64,000 bases of DNA from Candidatus Culexmicrobium cathedralense (GCA_025061115.1 JANZKC010000001.1:448001-512000); one strand, 5' to 3'. Shown: positions 18,801 through 28,741, numbered from the stretch's first letter. The notes: a model not told the origin generated them from the letters alone. Numbers and translations are program-made.

Positions 18801-20484
18801 GAATTAAATTCTCTAGACCCTCCACCTTAACTCTAACCTGCTTCCAAGAATCTCTATCTCTCAGCGTTACAGTCTCATCTTCAAGAGACTGATAATCTAT
18901 GGTGACGGCAATTGGAACTCCAACCTCATCAGCCCTCGCATACCTCCTACCTATCGAGCCGGACTCGTCGTACTCAACTCTTAAGCCACTTCTTCTAAGG
19001 CGCTCATAAACCATGCGAGCAAACTCGGGAAGACCATTCCTACTTACAAGTGGAAATACGCACACCTGTATTGGCGCAACATCCCTAGGAAGCTTCAACA
19101 CAACTCGCCCCTCCTTCTCCGAGTAAGCATATTCAAGCGTTGCATACACTATCCTATCAGCACCAAACGATGGCTCAACAACTTGTGGAATAAAACGCCT
19201 ACCCTTAACTTCATTAACTTCCTTAGAAATTATCAAGCCATCCCTACCAAGCTTAAATCCAGCTACCTCAACAAAACCCTTTTCCTCAAGCTCTTTAACC
19301 ACATATTCCGGATCGATCGCCTTAAGAGCCTCAGCAATCCTCTTAGCTTCAGACCTAAACTTTCTACCCAAAATGCTCATGTTAGGCTTGACCACCGTAA
19401 CTTCAATTTTCATAGGCTTAGGGTAAGGCTTAAACACCCTCAAGTCAACTCCACTATACTCCATGTGCCTCCTTAAGTCATAGTCGGTTCGATGCGAATA
19501 ACCTGCAATTTCAACCCACCCCCACCTCTCCAATTTCACCACTTGATCATAGGTTTGAGCTGAGTAGTGCGCTCGCTCCTCCGGCAATTTTTCAATAAAC
19601 ATTTGACACTTCTCTGGAATGCCTAAGCTCTCAGCAAATTGCTTGCCTAGAACCATGAAGTAGGCTCCCCACTCATTCAGAATTAAACCAGTTTCAACAG
19701 CTTCCCCCGCAGTTACAAATCTAGGTTCCTTCACTCCAGCTCTAATGTCAGCCTCCGGAAGAAGCGGAAGAACCTCATCTCTATAATCTCCAAAAAGCGG
19801 GCATTTAGGCTCCTTAGGGTCGAAAAACAACTCCAATTCCATAATCGTAAATTCCCTAAGCCTAATTGGACCCTGCCTTGGAGAAATCTCATTCCTCAAA
19901 ACCTTACCAACCTGCGCTATTCCAAGTGGAAGCTTATTTCGCATAACCTCATAAACCCTCTTAAAAGCTAAAAACATGCCTTGCGCAGCTTCGGGCCTGG
20001 CATAGCCTACATTTTCACTATAAGGACCAATAGTCGTTTTAAACAGCAAATTGAAAGCCTTAACTTCTCCAAGCTTCCCTCCGCACTCGGGACACACAAC
20101 CCCCTTCTCAATTATTATGGAGGTAAGCTCGTCAGCCGATAAAGCTTCAACACCCTTAATGCCGGCTTGCTCCTCAATTAAGTGGTCAGCTCTAAACATC
20201 CTATGGCATACAGTGCACTCGACAATATAGTCAGTGAAATGCTCCAAGTGCCCTGAAGCCTCAAAGACTTTCGAGGGCATAACAATCGGAGTTTCAATTT
20301 CAACTATGAAATCCTGATGCCTAAGAACAAACCACCTTCTCCACTTCTCCTCAATATTCCTCTTCAATAAGGCGCCTAAAGGCCCGAAATCCATGAAGCC
20401 CCTAACTCCTCCATAAAGCTCAGATGCGGGCCAGAGGAAGCCCCTCCTCCTAGCTAGCTCCATAATCTTATCATACTTGTCCAA
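18748..20484 (-). CDS. glyS: Glycyl-tRNA synthetase (alpha2 type)
   Basis: RRGFLWP..ELYGG, RPEAAQG, RNEISPRQG..RLREF, EPSFGADR, IGRRYARADE. Confidence 0.97.
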   Translation of the reverse strand: MDKYDKIMELARRRGFLWPASELYGGVRGFMDFGPLGALLKRNIEEKWRRWFVLRHQDFIVEIETPIVMPSKVFEASGHLEHFTDYIVECTVCHRMFRADHLIEEQAGIKGVEALSADELTSIIIEKGVVCPECGGKLGEVKAFNLLFKTTIGPYSENVGYARPEAAQGMFLAFKRVYEVMRNKLPLGIAQVGKVLRNEISPRQGPIRLREFTIMELELFFDPKEPKCPLFGDYRDEVLPLLPEADIRAGVKEPRFVTAGEAVETGLILNEWGAYFMVLGKQFAESLGIPEKCQMFIEKLPEERAHYSAQTYDQVVKLERWGWVEIAGYSHRTDYDLRRHMEYSGVDLRVFKPYPKPMKIEVTVVKPNMSILGRKFRSEAKRIAEALKAIDPEYVVKELEEKGFVEVAGFKLGRDGLIISKEVNEVKGRRFIPQVVEPSFGADRIVYATLEYAYSEKEGRVVLKLPRDVAPIQVCVFPLVSRNGLPEFARMVYERLRRSGLRVEYDESGSIGRRYARADEVGVPIAVTIDYQSLEDETVTLRDRDSWKQVRVKVEGLENLILKYLSGQLEFHELGAPL

Positions 20485-20516
20485 GGCTTGCTACCCCACA
20501 CCCTAAGCACTTCAAT

Positions 20517-20855
20517 TTAATTGGGAAGAGGAAGTTTTAATGGTTTTTGAAAGTCCTTAAGCTTAGACTCATCAGCCTCAATTTCAAGAACATCTCTGGA
20601 GGCACTTAGCTTAACAATGCAACTCGACGCTAATGACCATGCCAAGTATAAGCTTAACCTACTAAATTCAGGAAATAACATCTCAATAATAAATTTCCTC
20701 AAATAACTGCTACCTGACAGCACGAGGAAGGCGAATCCGGAGCTCACAAACTCCCTTACATATAGCTCGCTCTTAAATTCAGGCAAATGCCTCTCCAAAA
20801 GCCACTCTTCAAAGTCCTTCAAGCTCACCTTCAACCTCTTCAATTCACTCCCCAA
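20517..20855 (-). CDS. Hypothetical protein
   Basis: 112 aa ORF filling the gap, co-oriented with glyS. Confidence 0.5.
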   Translation of the reverse strand: MGSELKRLKVSLKDFEEWLLERHLPEFKSELYVREFVSSGFAFLVLSGSSYLRKFIIEMLFPEFSRLSLYLAWSLASSCIVKLSASRDVLEIEADESKLKDFQKPLKLPLPN

Positions 20856-20909
20856 AGCACAAAAAAGGAGAAGTTAAATATTTTTATCTGAACATTAGCT
20901 GTAAGAGCG

Positions 20910-21815
20910 ATGAAAGCAATAGAATTCTACTTAAGCAAAAGCAACATGCTCTTCGGAGGATTCGAGAGCAATTTGGAAGAAGCTGAATTCGTGGTTTTTG
21001 GAGTGCCATTCGACGCCACATCAACCTACAGGCCTGGGTCGAGGTTCGCTCCATTAGCAATTAGAAATGCAGCATTAAACCTCGAAACCTACAGCTTCAG
21101 ATCAGGCATCGACGCCCAAGAATTAAAAATACACGACGCTGGAGACATAATATCAATCAACGACATCCAAAGCACAATTAAAAGCGTAAGTGAAGTGACA
21201 AGAGAACTACTTAACCTAGGCAAAGTCCCAGTAATAATCGGCGGAGAGCACACGATAACCTACGGAGCGGTAAAGGCCATCCAAAACGTAGGAGCAGTAA
21301 TTTTCGACGCGCACTTAGACTTAAGAGACCAATATCCAATAGGAGTTAAGTGGAGCCACGCAACAGTTACGCGAAGAATCACCGAACTCATTGGAAGCAG
21401 CAAAGTGGTATGTGTAGGGGTGAGGGCAGTATGCAGGGAGGAGTATGAACATGCAGCTCGAAATGAACTGCTATACGTGACTTCCCATGAAGTAATTGAA
21501 GAAGGAGTCAAAGCCACAGCAGAGAAAGTTAAGGAATTAATAGATAAAAATGAATTCGAAAAAATATGGCTTTCAATAGACTTAGACGTGCTAGACCCAT
21601 CAAGCGCCCCAGGAGTTGCAAATCCAGAGCCAGAAGGTTTGACAGTTAAGCAGCTTCTAGACTTCATAAGTGAAATCATAAACAATAAAATTGTGGGATT
21701 CGACGTGGTTGAAGCCACACCAGCATTCGACCTAGGAATAACTGCAATTCAAGCAGCAAAAATAATTCTAGAAACCTGTTGCTTAATTCACAGAACTAGA
21801 CTTTCAACCTCTTAA
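20910..21815 (+). CDS. speB: Agmatinase
   Basis: GVPFD.T..RPGSRFAP, GGEHTIT, DAHLD, SHAT, SIDLDVLDP..APG. Confidence 0.93.
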   Translation: MKAIEFYLSKSNMLFGGFESNLEEAEFVVFGVPFDATSTYRPGSRFAPLAIRNAALNLETYSFRSGIDAQELKIHDAGDIISINDIQSTIKSVSEVTRELLNLGKVPVIIGGEHTITYGAVKAIQNVGAVIFDAHLDLRDQYPIGVKWSHATVTRRITELIGSSKVVCVGVRAVCREEYEHAARNELLYVTSHEVIEEGVKATAEKVKELIDKNEFEKIWLSIDLDVLDPSSAPGVANPEPEGLTVKQLLDFISEIINNKIVGFDVVEATPAFDLGITAIQAAKIILETCCLIHRTRLSTS

Positions 21816-21939
21816 CAATTGGAGGCCTAACCTTATAGAAAATCCTGTAATTGCATATCGGGCAACGCATGCCAGGTATAGATTCAAACTCCCTCAAGTC
21901 ACTTATAACATACCCGCACCTACCACACTTATACGGCAT
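21796..21939 (-). CDS. rpoP: DNA-directed RNA polymerase subunit Rpo12 (RpoP), not in the ORF track
   Basis: Manual translation MPYKCGRCGYVISDLREFESIPGMRCPICNYRIFYKVRPPIVKRLKV* (47 aa), two CxxC, GGTGAGGTGA RBS. Confidence 0.93.
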   Translation of the reverse strand: MPYKCGRCGYVISDLREFESIPGMRCPICNYRIFYKVRPPIVKRLKV

Positions 21940-22050
21940 TCACCTCACCACACTATGACTGCAGCAAGTCGAATATATCTCTGACGTTTATGCAAGTAAA
22001 GGCTTATAAGAGGTAAGTGCAAGTAATTTTCACTGGAGCTTGAGAGATAT

Positions 22051-22365
22051 ATGCCTACGAGCGACATATGCCCAATTTGCGGGCTGCCAAAGGACCTGTG
22101 CGTTTGCCAATCAATAGCAAGGGAACAGCAGAGAATCAAAGTTAAAGTTGAGAAGAGAAAGTGGGGTAGGGAAGTCACAATAATAGATGGCATCATGGAC
22201 AAAGACGTTGACCTCTATGAAATCGCAGCCATCCTAAAAAGCAAGCTAGCATGCGGCGGAACAGCAAAAAACGGCAGAATTGAGCTACAGGGAAATCACA
22301 AAGCCAGAGTAAAGGAACTGCTAATTGAACTTGGATTTCCAGCAGAAAACATAGACATAGAGTAG
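22051..22365 (+). CDS. Translation initiation factor aIF1/SUI1
   Basis: CPICGLPKDLCVC, LKSKLACGGTAK, IELQGNH. Confidence 0.95.
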   Translation: MPTSDICPICGLPKDLCVCQSIAREQQRIKVKVEKRKWGREVTIIDGIMDKDVDLYEIAAILKSKLACGGTAKNGRIELQGNHKARVKELLIELGFPAENIDIE

Positions 22366-22401
22366 ATTTAAACCAGCAACGAGCTCGAGCAAAGCAGTAG
22401 T

Positions 22402-23865
22402 TTACATGCTAGACCTATGAAACTCCCCAGGCAAGTAAATTCCGTGGGGCTTCATCTCCTCAGCGCCTAAATGCGTAAGCCAAGCAACCCTAGCTTTTTC
22501 CCAAAGCTCTGCAATACTTCTACAGCCAGCATAGCCCATCGCAGCTTTCAGCCCAGCAACAAGCTCAGCCACAACGCTCGCTACATCACCTCTATAGGGA
22601 ACCCAGCCCTCAACGCCTTCAGCAATATCCTTGGAAGGCACGGAATACCTATCCAACGCGTACCGCTTAGCTCTCGCCGACCTACTAGCCATCCCCCTAT
22701 ACTGCTTATAATACCTACCGCCAATAGCAACTAAAGTTCCAGGAGCCTCCCTACAGCCCGCAAAGAGGTTTCCCATCATGGCAGCCCAAGCCCCCAGCGC
22801 AAGCGCCAATGCAATGTCTCCCGACGACCTAATTCCACCATCAGCTATTATTGGAAGCTTAACGCCATAGTCTTCAAGCGCGTCGGCAACCTGAACAGTA
22901 GCAAAGAGCGTTGGAGCCCCAGCTTTAGTCACCTCATACGTAGAGCATATCGATCCCGACGCGATGCCCACCCTCAAACCAGCTACCCCGTCAATTCCAG
23001 TTATAACGTCAACGGCAGCCTCATAGGTACCTATGTTGCCCACAATCACATCAGCATTCACATTCTTAACGAGCTTCTTCGTTGCACGCATTACGTTCTC
23101 ATTATGGAAGTGAGCTACATCAACCACCAAAATGTCAACGTACTTATCCAAAGCTTTGGCTCTCTCCAAGTCGAAAGGCGAAATGGCAGCTGCGCATAAA
23201 AGTTGACCTTCCTCATTTCTAGCTGCATTGGGAAACTTCTCCCTAGCCCTTATGTCCTTGAAGGTTATTAAGCCAACAAGCCTGCCATCATCATCAACAA
23301 CTGGAAGCTTCTCAATCCTATACTTATGAAGAAGCTTCTTAGCCTCCTCAATAGTTATTGAAGGCGATGCAGTTACAACTTCTCTAGTCATCACCTCCCT
23401 AATTTTCAGCTTAGGATCAGCAAAGCGAACATCCCTTCCAGTAAGTATACCCACAAGCTTACCATCATCAACTACGGGAAAGCCGGAAATGGAGAAGCGC
23501 CTCATCAACTCAAGAGCCCGCTCAACCTCATCATCAGGACTAACGGTGATAACATCCCTAATAATGAAAGACTCAGCCCTCCTAACCTGCCTAGCCATCT
23601 CAACTTGCTCTTCAACGCTGCAATTCCTGTGAAGCACCCCCAAACCACCAAGCCTAGCTAAAGCTATTGCCATCTCACTTTCAGTCACAGTATCCATGGG
23701 AGATGAGACAAACGGAATGTTCAATTGATAATTCGTAGTCACCATCGTCTTCAGGTCAACTTCCCTAGGCTCGAAGTAAGCCTTACCCGGCAAAATTATT
23801 AGATCCCTAAATGTGAAGGCTACCTGCGCACCCTTAACCTTGTCGCTAAAGCGCATGGCAAACAC
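22402..23865 (-). CDS. guaB: Inosine-5'-monophosphate dehydrogenase with CBS pair
   Basis: SSPMDTVTE, GIASGSICST, IIADGGIR, YRGMAS, EGVEG. Confidence 0.95.
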   Translation of the reverse strand: MFAMRFSDKVKGAQVAFTFRDLIILPGKAYFEPREVDLKTMVTTNYQLNIPFVSSPMDTVTESEMAIALARLGGLGVLHRNCSVEEQVEMARQVRRAESFIIRDVITVSPDDEVERALELMRRFSISGFPVVDDGKLVGILTGRDVRFADPKLKIREVMTREVVTASPSITIEEAKKLLHKYRIEKLPVVDDDGRLVGLITFKDIRAREKFPNAARNEEGQLLCAAAISPFDLERAKALDKYVDILVVDVAHFHNENVMRATKKLVKNVNADVIVGNIGTYEAAVDVITGIDGVAGLRVGIASGSICSTYEVTKAGAPTLFATVQVADALEDYGVKLPIIADGGIRSSGDIALALALGAWAAMMGNLFAGCREAPGTLVAIGGRYYKQYRGMASRSARAKRYALDRYSVPSKDIAEGVEGWVPYRGDVASVVAELVAGLKAAMGYAGCRSIAELWEKARVAWLTHLGAEEMKPHGIYLPGEFHRSSM

Positions 23866-23909
23866 CCTAATTTTTTAAAGTAGGAACCACATTTTCGCTT
23901 ATTAAGATA

Positions 23910-25208
23910 GTGGTTCCACCGCTTCATGGGGGAACCTCAACAATGAAAGTTGAGATGCCCTTCAACGTTATGAAAGAGAACATTACAGTAGAGCTCCCAG
24001 ACGATCAACACGTACAAGTAATAACGCCCAAGCCAATTGAAGCCAGAAGCATTGAAAGCGAAGTGAAAAGAGCATTAAGAAACAGCTACTTTAAAAGAAT
24101 CATGAAAAAAGTGGGTGAGGGCAGTAGAGTAGCAATACTCATAGATGACCACACCCGCCCAACTCCAACCAAGGAAGTTCTACCAATAATCATCAATGAA
24201 ATTGAAGCTAGAGGAGGAAGCGTCGAAGTAATTTATGCAAAAGGAACCCACGACCCACCACCTCCACACTTCCTAGAGAAGAAGGTAAGCCGGGAAATAC
24301 TGGAAAAATACAGCTTCACCATGCACGACGCATATCACGGCGACTACACTTTCAAAGGCCTAACCAGCCTTGGAACGCCAGTGTGGATAAACAGCTTAGC
24401 TGCAAACGCGGATATAAGGATAGGCATAGGATCAATATTTCCCTCCGAAGTCGCAGGATTTACCGGCGGCTGCAAAATTCTCCTCCCAGGAATATCATCG
24501 TACTTAACAATAAATAGGAATCACTCCCTCTTCATATCCCCAAAAGCAAAAATCGGAAGCATGACTGAAAACCCAGTACGCAAAGACATCGACGAAGCAG
24601 GGTTAATCGGCGAATTAAATGCGATAATAAACTTCGTAATGACGGCAGACGGAAGAGTCGTAAAGGCATTCTCAGGACATCCCATCAAAGCCCATCGATC
24701 CGGAGTAAAACTGTGCAGAGAAATATATGAGAGGAAAATCGAATGCAAAGCAGATCTCATAATTATCTCCCCTGGTGGAACCGAAGACATAGACTTTGTC
24801 CAGGCGGTTAAAGCAATATTCATGGCAGACGCAATATGCAAAGATGGAGGAACAATAATTCTCGTGGCAGCATGTCCGCTCGGCACCCAATGGCCCGAGC
24901 TGGAAGAGTACCTCCATGAAGTGCGCAGCAAGAACAAGAGCCGCGAGCAAATTTTAAAGGACATCATAAGCGGAAAAATTGAAAGCATCATGGGCGCAAT
25001 ACTTTACAAAAAATATCACCTAATAATTGAAAAAAGAAAGAAGATACTCGTATACACTAAAGGCCTAAACCGCGAGCAGATAAGCAACCTAGGATTCGAA
25101 CCAATAGAAGACCTACAAAGCACCGTGAATGAAGAAGTAAAAAATAAGCGCAGAATTTTAGTTCTACCTTATGGTGCCTACAATTGGGTTAAAGTGGAGG
25201 GAGATTAA
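23910..25208 (+). CDS. LarA-family nickel-pincer racemase/epimerase (probable start ATG 23943)
   Basis: DDHTRPTP, GTH, G.TSLGTPV, AGFTGGCKILLPG, NH, GGTIILVAACP.G. Confidence 0.85.
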   Translation: MVPPLHGGTSTMKVEMPFNVMKENITVELPDDQHVQVITPKPIEARSIESEVKRALRNSYFKRIMKKVGEGSRVAILIDDHTRPTPTKEVLPIIINEIEARGGSVEVIYAKGTHDPPPPHFLEKKVSREILEKYSFTMHDAYHGDYTFKGLTSLGTPVWINSLAANADIRIGIGSIFPSEVAGFTGGCKILLPGISSYLTINRNHSLFISPKAKIGSMTENPVRKDIDEAGLIGELNAIINFVMTADGRVVKAFSGHPIKAHRSGVKLCREIYERKIECKADLIIISPGGTEDIDFVQAVKAIFMADAICKDGGTIILVAACPLGTQWPELEEYLHEVRSKNKSREQILKDIISGKIESIMGAILYKKYHLIIEKRKKILVYTKGLNREQISNLGFEPIEDLQSTVNEEVKNKRRILVLPYGAYNWVKVEGD

Positions 25209-26557
25209 TGGCAGTTACAATTAGGGAAGTAGGATTCATAAGAGTTGGAGCTCACAGCCACATCAAAGGATTAGGGCTGAAAAACGGAAAAGCACTCATG
25301 AAAGCAGATGGAATGGTTGGACAAATAGAAGCTAGAGAAGCAGCGGGAATAATCGTCGAACTAATAAAACAAGGCAAAATGGCGGGAAGAGGCATACTGC
25401 TAGCTGGCCCCCCAGGCACTGGAAAAACCGCAATTGCAGTTGCAATAGCAAAAGAATTGGGTGAAGACGTGCCATTCATAGCAATTTCCGGCTCAGAAAT
25501 ATATTCAAGCGAGCTAAAAAAGACGGAAGTGCTGATGCAAGCCATGAGAAAAGCAATAGGAGTTAGAATTCATGAATTCAGAAAGGTCTATGAAGGAATG
25601 GTATCAGACCTAGACCTAAAAATGACAAGACACCCATACAACCCATATCAGCAAATACCTGAAAGCGCCAAACTAAAACTAAAAACCAAAAGTGAAGAAA
25701 AAACATTAACAGTAGGATCATCAATAGCAATGGAACTAATATCCCGCGGAATAAGCGTTGGAGACGTAATATGGATCGACGCAGAAACAGGCAGGGTAAC
25801 CAAGCTTGGAAAATGCAAGGACTATGAAGGCCCAAAATACGACATTGAGGCAGAAGCACAAGTATCAATGCCGGAAGGCGCAGTCCTCAAGGAAAAGGAG
25901 TTCGTCTACACAATTACTCTCCACGACCTAGATGTGAGGATGCACAGCAGGTCAGGGGGAATATTCAGCCTACTATTCGGAGGAAGAGAAGAAAAGGAGA
26001 TACCGCCAGACGTAAGGCAGGAAGTAGACAACCTAGTTAAAAAGTGGGTTGATGAAGGAAGAGCAGAAATAATTCCAGGAGTCATGTTCATAGATGAAGC
26101 TTCAGCCCTAGACATTGAAGCATTCTCATTCCTAGGCAGAGCAATGGAAGGCGAGCTAGCGCCAATAATAATACTAGCAACCAACAGAGGAATAACCAAA
26201 ATAAGAGGAACAGACATAAAATCCCCCCACGGCATACCGTTGGACATACTCGACAGGTTGATGATAATAACGACAAGAAAGTACGAAGCTGAAGAAATCA
26301 GAGAAATACTCAAGATAAGAGCCAGCGAAGAAGGAGTTAAGCTAAGTGAAAAAGCCCTGGAAGAGCTAACTAAAATAGGAGAAGAAACCTCCCTAAGATA
26401 CGTCGTCCAAATGCTCACACCCGCCCAAATAGTAGCCCGAAGAAATAGAAGAGAAGAAGTGCTGCCTGAAGATGTGGAGGAAGTTAGAAAACTATTTGCT
26501 GACGTTAAGCAATCAACAAAATACTTGAAGGAGCACGAGGAAGAGATGCTGAAGTAG
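25208..26557 (+). CDS. TIP49/RuvB-like AAA+ ATPase
   Basis: AHSHIKGLGL, GPPGTGKT, GSEIYS.ELKKTE, FIDE, ATNRG, HGIPLDILDRL. Confidence 0.95.
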   Translation: MAVTIREVGFIRVGAHSHIKGLGLKNGKALMKADGMVGQIEAREAAGIIVELIKQGKMAGRGILLAGPPGTGKTAIAVAIAKELGEDVPFIAISGSEIYSSELKKTEVLMQAMRKAIGVRIHEFRKVYEGMVSDLDLKMTRHPYNPYQQIPESAKLKLKTKSEEKTLTVGSSIAMELISRGISVGDVIWIDAETGRVTKLGKCKDYEGPKYDIEAEAQVSMPEGAVLKEKEFVYTITLHDLDVRMHSRSGGIFSLLFGGREEKEIPPDVRQEVDNLVKKWVDEGRAEIIPGVMFIDEASALDIEAFSFLGRAMEGELAPIIILATNRGITKIRGTDIKSPHGIPLDILDRLMIITTRKYEAEEIREILKIRASEEGVKLSEKALEELTKIGEETSLRYVVQMLTPAQIVARRNRREEVLPEDVEEVRKLFADVKQSTKYLKEHEEEMLK

Positions 26558-26562
26558 GAGGA

Positions 26563-27117
26563 ATGAAAATAAACTTCAGTGGGAAACCGATAACAATAAA
26601 ATCCAAAACCATACCAGAAGCCATTCTGAAAACCCTAAAAATAGCGATGAAGGCAATTAAAAGCGGAACCTCAAAGCTAAGCAACTTACTAATAGAGGTT
26701 AGAAATCCAGAAGTACGCCCATTAAGCTGCATTCAATTAAACATCACCGATGAAGAAATAATAGAAGAATACTACAGGGCAGTCACGGAGAAAAGCAGTG
26801 CGAAAAACGCGCTGACCTCAGCAATCTCAACGCTCAAAGTAGGAGAAGAGGCAGAAATACCTTTAAATGCACTTAGCAAAGCAACTGGATTAATAACATT
26901 AAGAATCCAAGAAACTTCAATACAACCAACAATAATAATACTCAACTGCAAATCGCTAAAACAACTAAACATGCAACTAGGAATCACACAAATACTGCAA
27001 GAAGACTTGTCAATATCATTAGGGCTCGAACCAAGCTTCATAGTATCTTTTCTACCTACACTCAAACTAAGCATCCATGAAATTCGGCAAACATCATCCA
27101 AACGCAGTGAAAGCTAG
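26563..27117 (+). CDS. Hypothetical protein, possibly a degenerate thymidylate synthase-like fold
   Basis: I.SKTIPEA...NLLIEVRNP start and N...G...LQE.L...LGLE end echo archaeal ThyA; no PC or RS.D motif. Confidence 0.45.
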   Translation: MKINFSGKPITIKSKTIPEAILKTLKIAMKAIKSGTSKLSNLLIEVRNPEVRPLSCIQLNITDEEIIEEYYRAVTEKSSAKNALTSAISTLKVGEEAEIPLNALSKATGLITLRIQETSIQPTIIILNCKSLKQLNMQLGITQILQEDLSISLGLEPSFIVSFLPTLKLSIHEIRQTSSKRSES

Positions 27118-28338
27118 TCCAACAACGCTAATAACTGAAATGATTATCGTTATAAACCAGCAAAAAGCCTTCACCAAGCCGGCGTGAACATCCTCTGGAA
27201 AACGAATGCCGGTGAAGAGCAGTGAAAGGAAGATCAGTGGAATAGGCGAGAGCACGCATGTGAGAGCAGAAGCATTAATCACCAATTTAAGCGGAGAAGC
27301 GCCAAACGCGAGAAATAGAGGTGCTATTAAAAAGCTTACAGAAGCAAGAATAATTTTCCAGCCAGACAAAATTGCAGCTCTAATTCGAAGCACTTCAGCC
27401 AAGTCATCAACAAGCTCATCTAATATTTTAAGATTGGATATCGCGGCAACAGCAGATCGCAAAAATGATGAAGCCACAGCTCCAAAGGCAAGCATATATA
27501 CTACCACGTCGCCTAAAGCAGGCTTCAAAGCGAGGATCGCCTCCTCAACACTATCAATAACCAAACCTTTAGGATAAAGCTGGGAGGCACATGTAATTAA
27601 TATTGAGGCGTCAACCAAAATACCCATAAACACGCCCACCATCATCCCAACAAATTCCAGCGTCAACACGCCATAGCCCTTAGGCTTCTTAGAAGCCTCC
27701 GAAGCTTCAAACAATAGGGAATCCCCTGAAATTTGAGTTCCAATAATAGCCATGAGAGTAAGCATGAAGTCCCTTGAAGGGTGAAACTCAACCGACAAGA
27801 AGCCCCTTACGAGGCCCCCTAATGGGGGACTAGAAAGAATTGCAGCAGGCACGCACACTATCATTATAAAACTAGTCATCACCAAGACGTTTTTAATAGT
27901 TTGAGAATAACTCTTAACTGAAAGAACGCAGATTAGAAGTGAAAGTAAAGGAGCCCACAAAGTTATAGAAAACCCGACAATGGATGATAAAAGCGAGGAG
28001 CTGCCAGCAATTTCAGCAGTAATTATAGCTACATTAGCTGATGAAATCAGGAAAGCAACAAAAACAGCAACAAAATGGCCATACCGCATCTTAATATTAG
28101 AGAGAAAACCGCACTTGGTAGCCAAACCTACTTGAGCAGTAATCTGCAATATGAAAAATGAGAAGAAGAACAGAAGAACCAAAGACCATAAAAGTGAGAA
28201 GCCATAAGCTGACCCAGCATACCCAAAAGTAGCCAAATCCACGATGCCCACACAAGACACGCCGGCAATCAATGCCGGCACAATTAACCTCAAATAATTA
28301 GCAGAGTCGGAGGGCTCCGTCCCGCACAAAAAAATCAC
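27094..28338 (-). CDS. NRAMP-family-like transporter, divergent
   Basis: About 11 TM; AT...AGS.YGFSLLW, VGLAT..G, TAEIAG, A..AL.P.LG; DPGN-type motif absent. Confidence 0.7.
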   Translation of the reverse strand: MIFLCGTEPSDSANYLRLIVPALIAGVSCVGIVDLATFGYAGSAYGFSLLWSLVLLFFFSFFILQITAQVGLATKCGFLSNIKMRYGHFVAVFVAFLISSANVAIITAEIAGSSSLLSSIVGFSITLWAPLLSLLICVLSVKSYSQTIKNVLVMTSFIMIVCVPAAILSSPPLGGLVRGFLSVEFHPSRDFMLTLMAIIGTQISGDSLLFEASEASKKPKGYGVLTLEFVGMMVGVFMGILVDASILITCASQLYPKGLVIDSVEEAILALKPALGDVVVYMLAFGAVASSFLRSAVAAISNLKILDELVDDLAEVLRIRAAILSGWKIILASVSFLIAPLFLAFGASPLKLVINASALTCVLSPIPLIFLSLLFTGIRFPEDVHAGLVKAFCWFITIIISVISVVGLAFTAFG

Positions 28339-28340
28339 CT

Positions 28341-28643
28341 CTACTGCTGCTTTTTATCTGAGAAAAGCTTTATCAGCGCATCTTCATCTATCACGAGATT
28401 CAAGTAAATTCTCCCCTCCCTAACCGCTACATTTTCAACTCTGAAGTTTACGTGGAGATCATCCGCAGCAAGATTACGCGTTGAAATCAGCTGCTTCGAC
28501 TTCTCCGACCCATCACTACTCGAAATCACTTTAACTGCATACCTCTTCGCAAGCCTTCTAGCTATAGCGTAGTTATAGGCTACTGGGAAAGCGCCTGCGA
28601 CCAGGTATGTCAATAAGAGAGCTGCATCCTCCAGCAATTCCAT
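28341..28643 (-). CDS. Small hypothetical protein with N-terminal hydrophobic helix (ORF track start 28664; ATG 28643 preferred)
   Basis: GGTG directly before ATG 28643; stop lies 2 nt before the NRAMP-like start. Confidence 0.6.
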   Translation of the reverse strand: MELLEDAALLLTYLVAGAFPVAYNYAIARRLAKRYAVKVISSSDGSEKSKQLISTRNLAADDLHVNFRVENVAVREGRIYLNLVIDEDALIKLFSDKKQQ

Positions 28644-28672
28644 CACCAAGTTAATTTTATGCACTGGAAAGC

Positions 28673-28741
28673 TATTGCCTTTATGAATTTACTTTTGTAA
28701 ATCAACGCAGAAGAATACGGAGCGAATACACCTTGAAACTG
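28673..28741 (-). repeat. Copy A of ~70-bp inverted repeat / duplicated promoter module
   Basis: Reverse complement aligns to 30830-30899 at 58/70 positions, including 30 bp identical (ATTTACAAAAGTAAATTCATAAAGGCAATA; 28673-28702). Confidence 0.9.
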
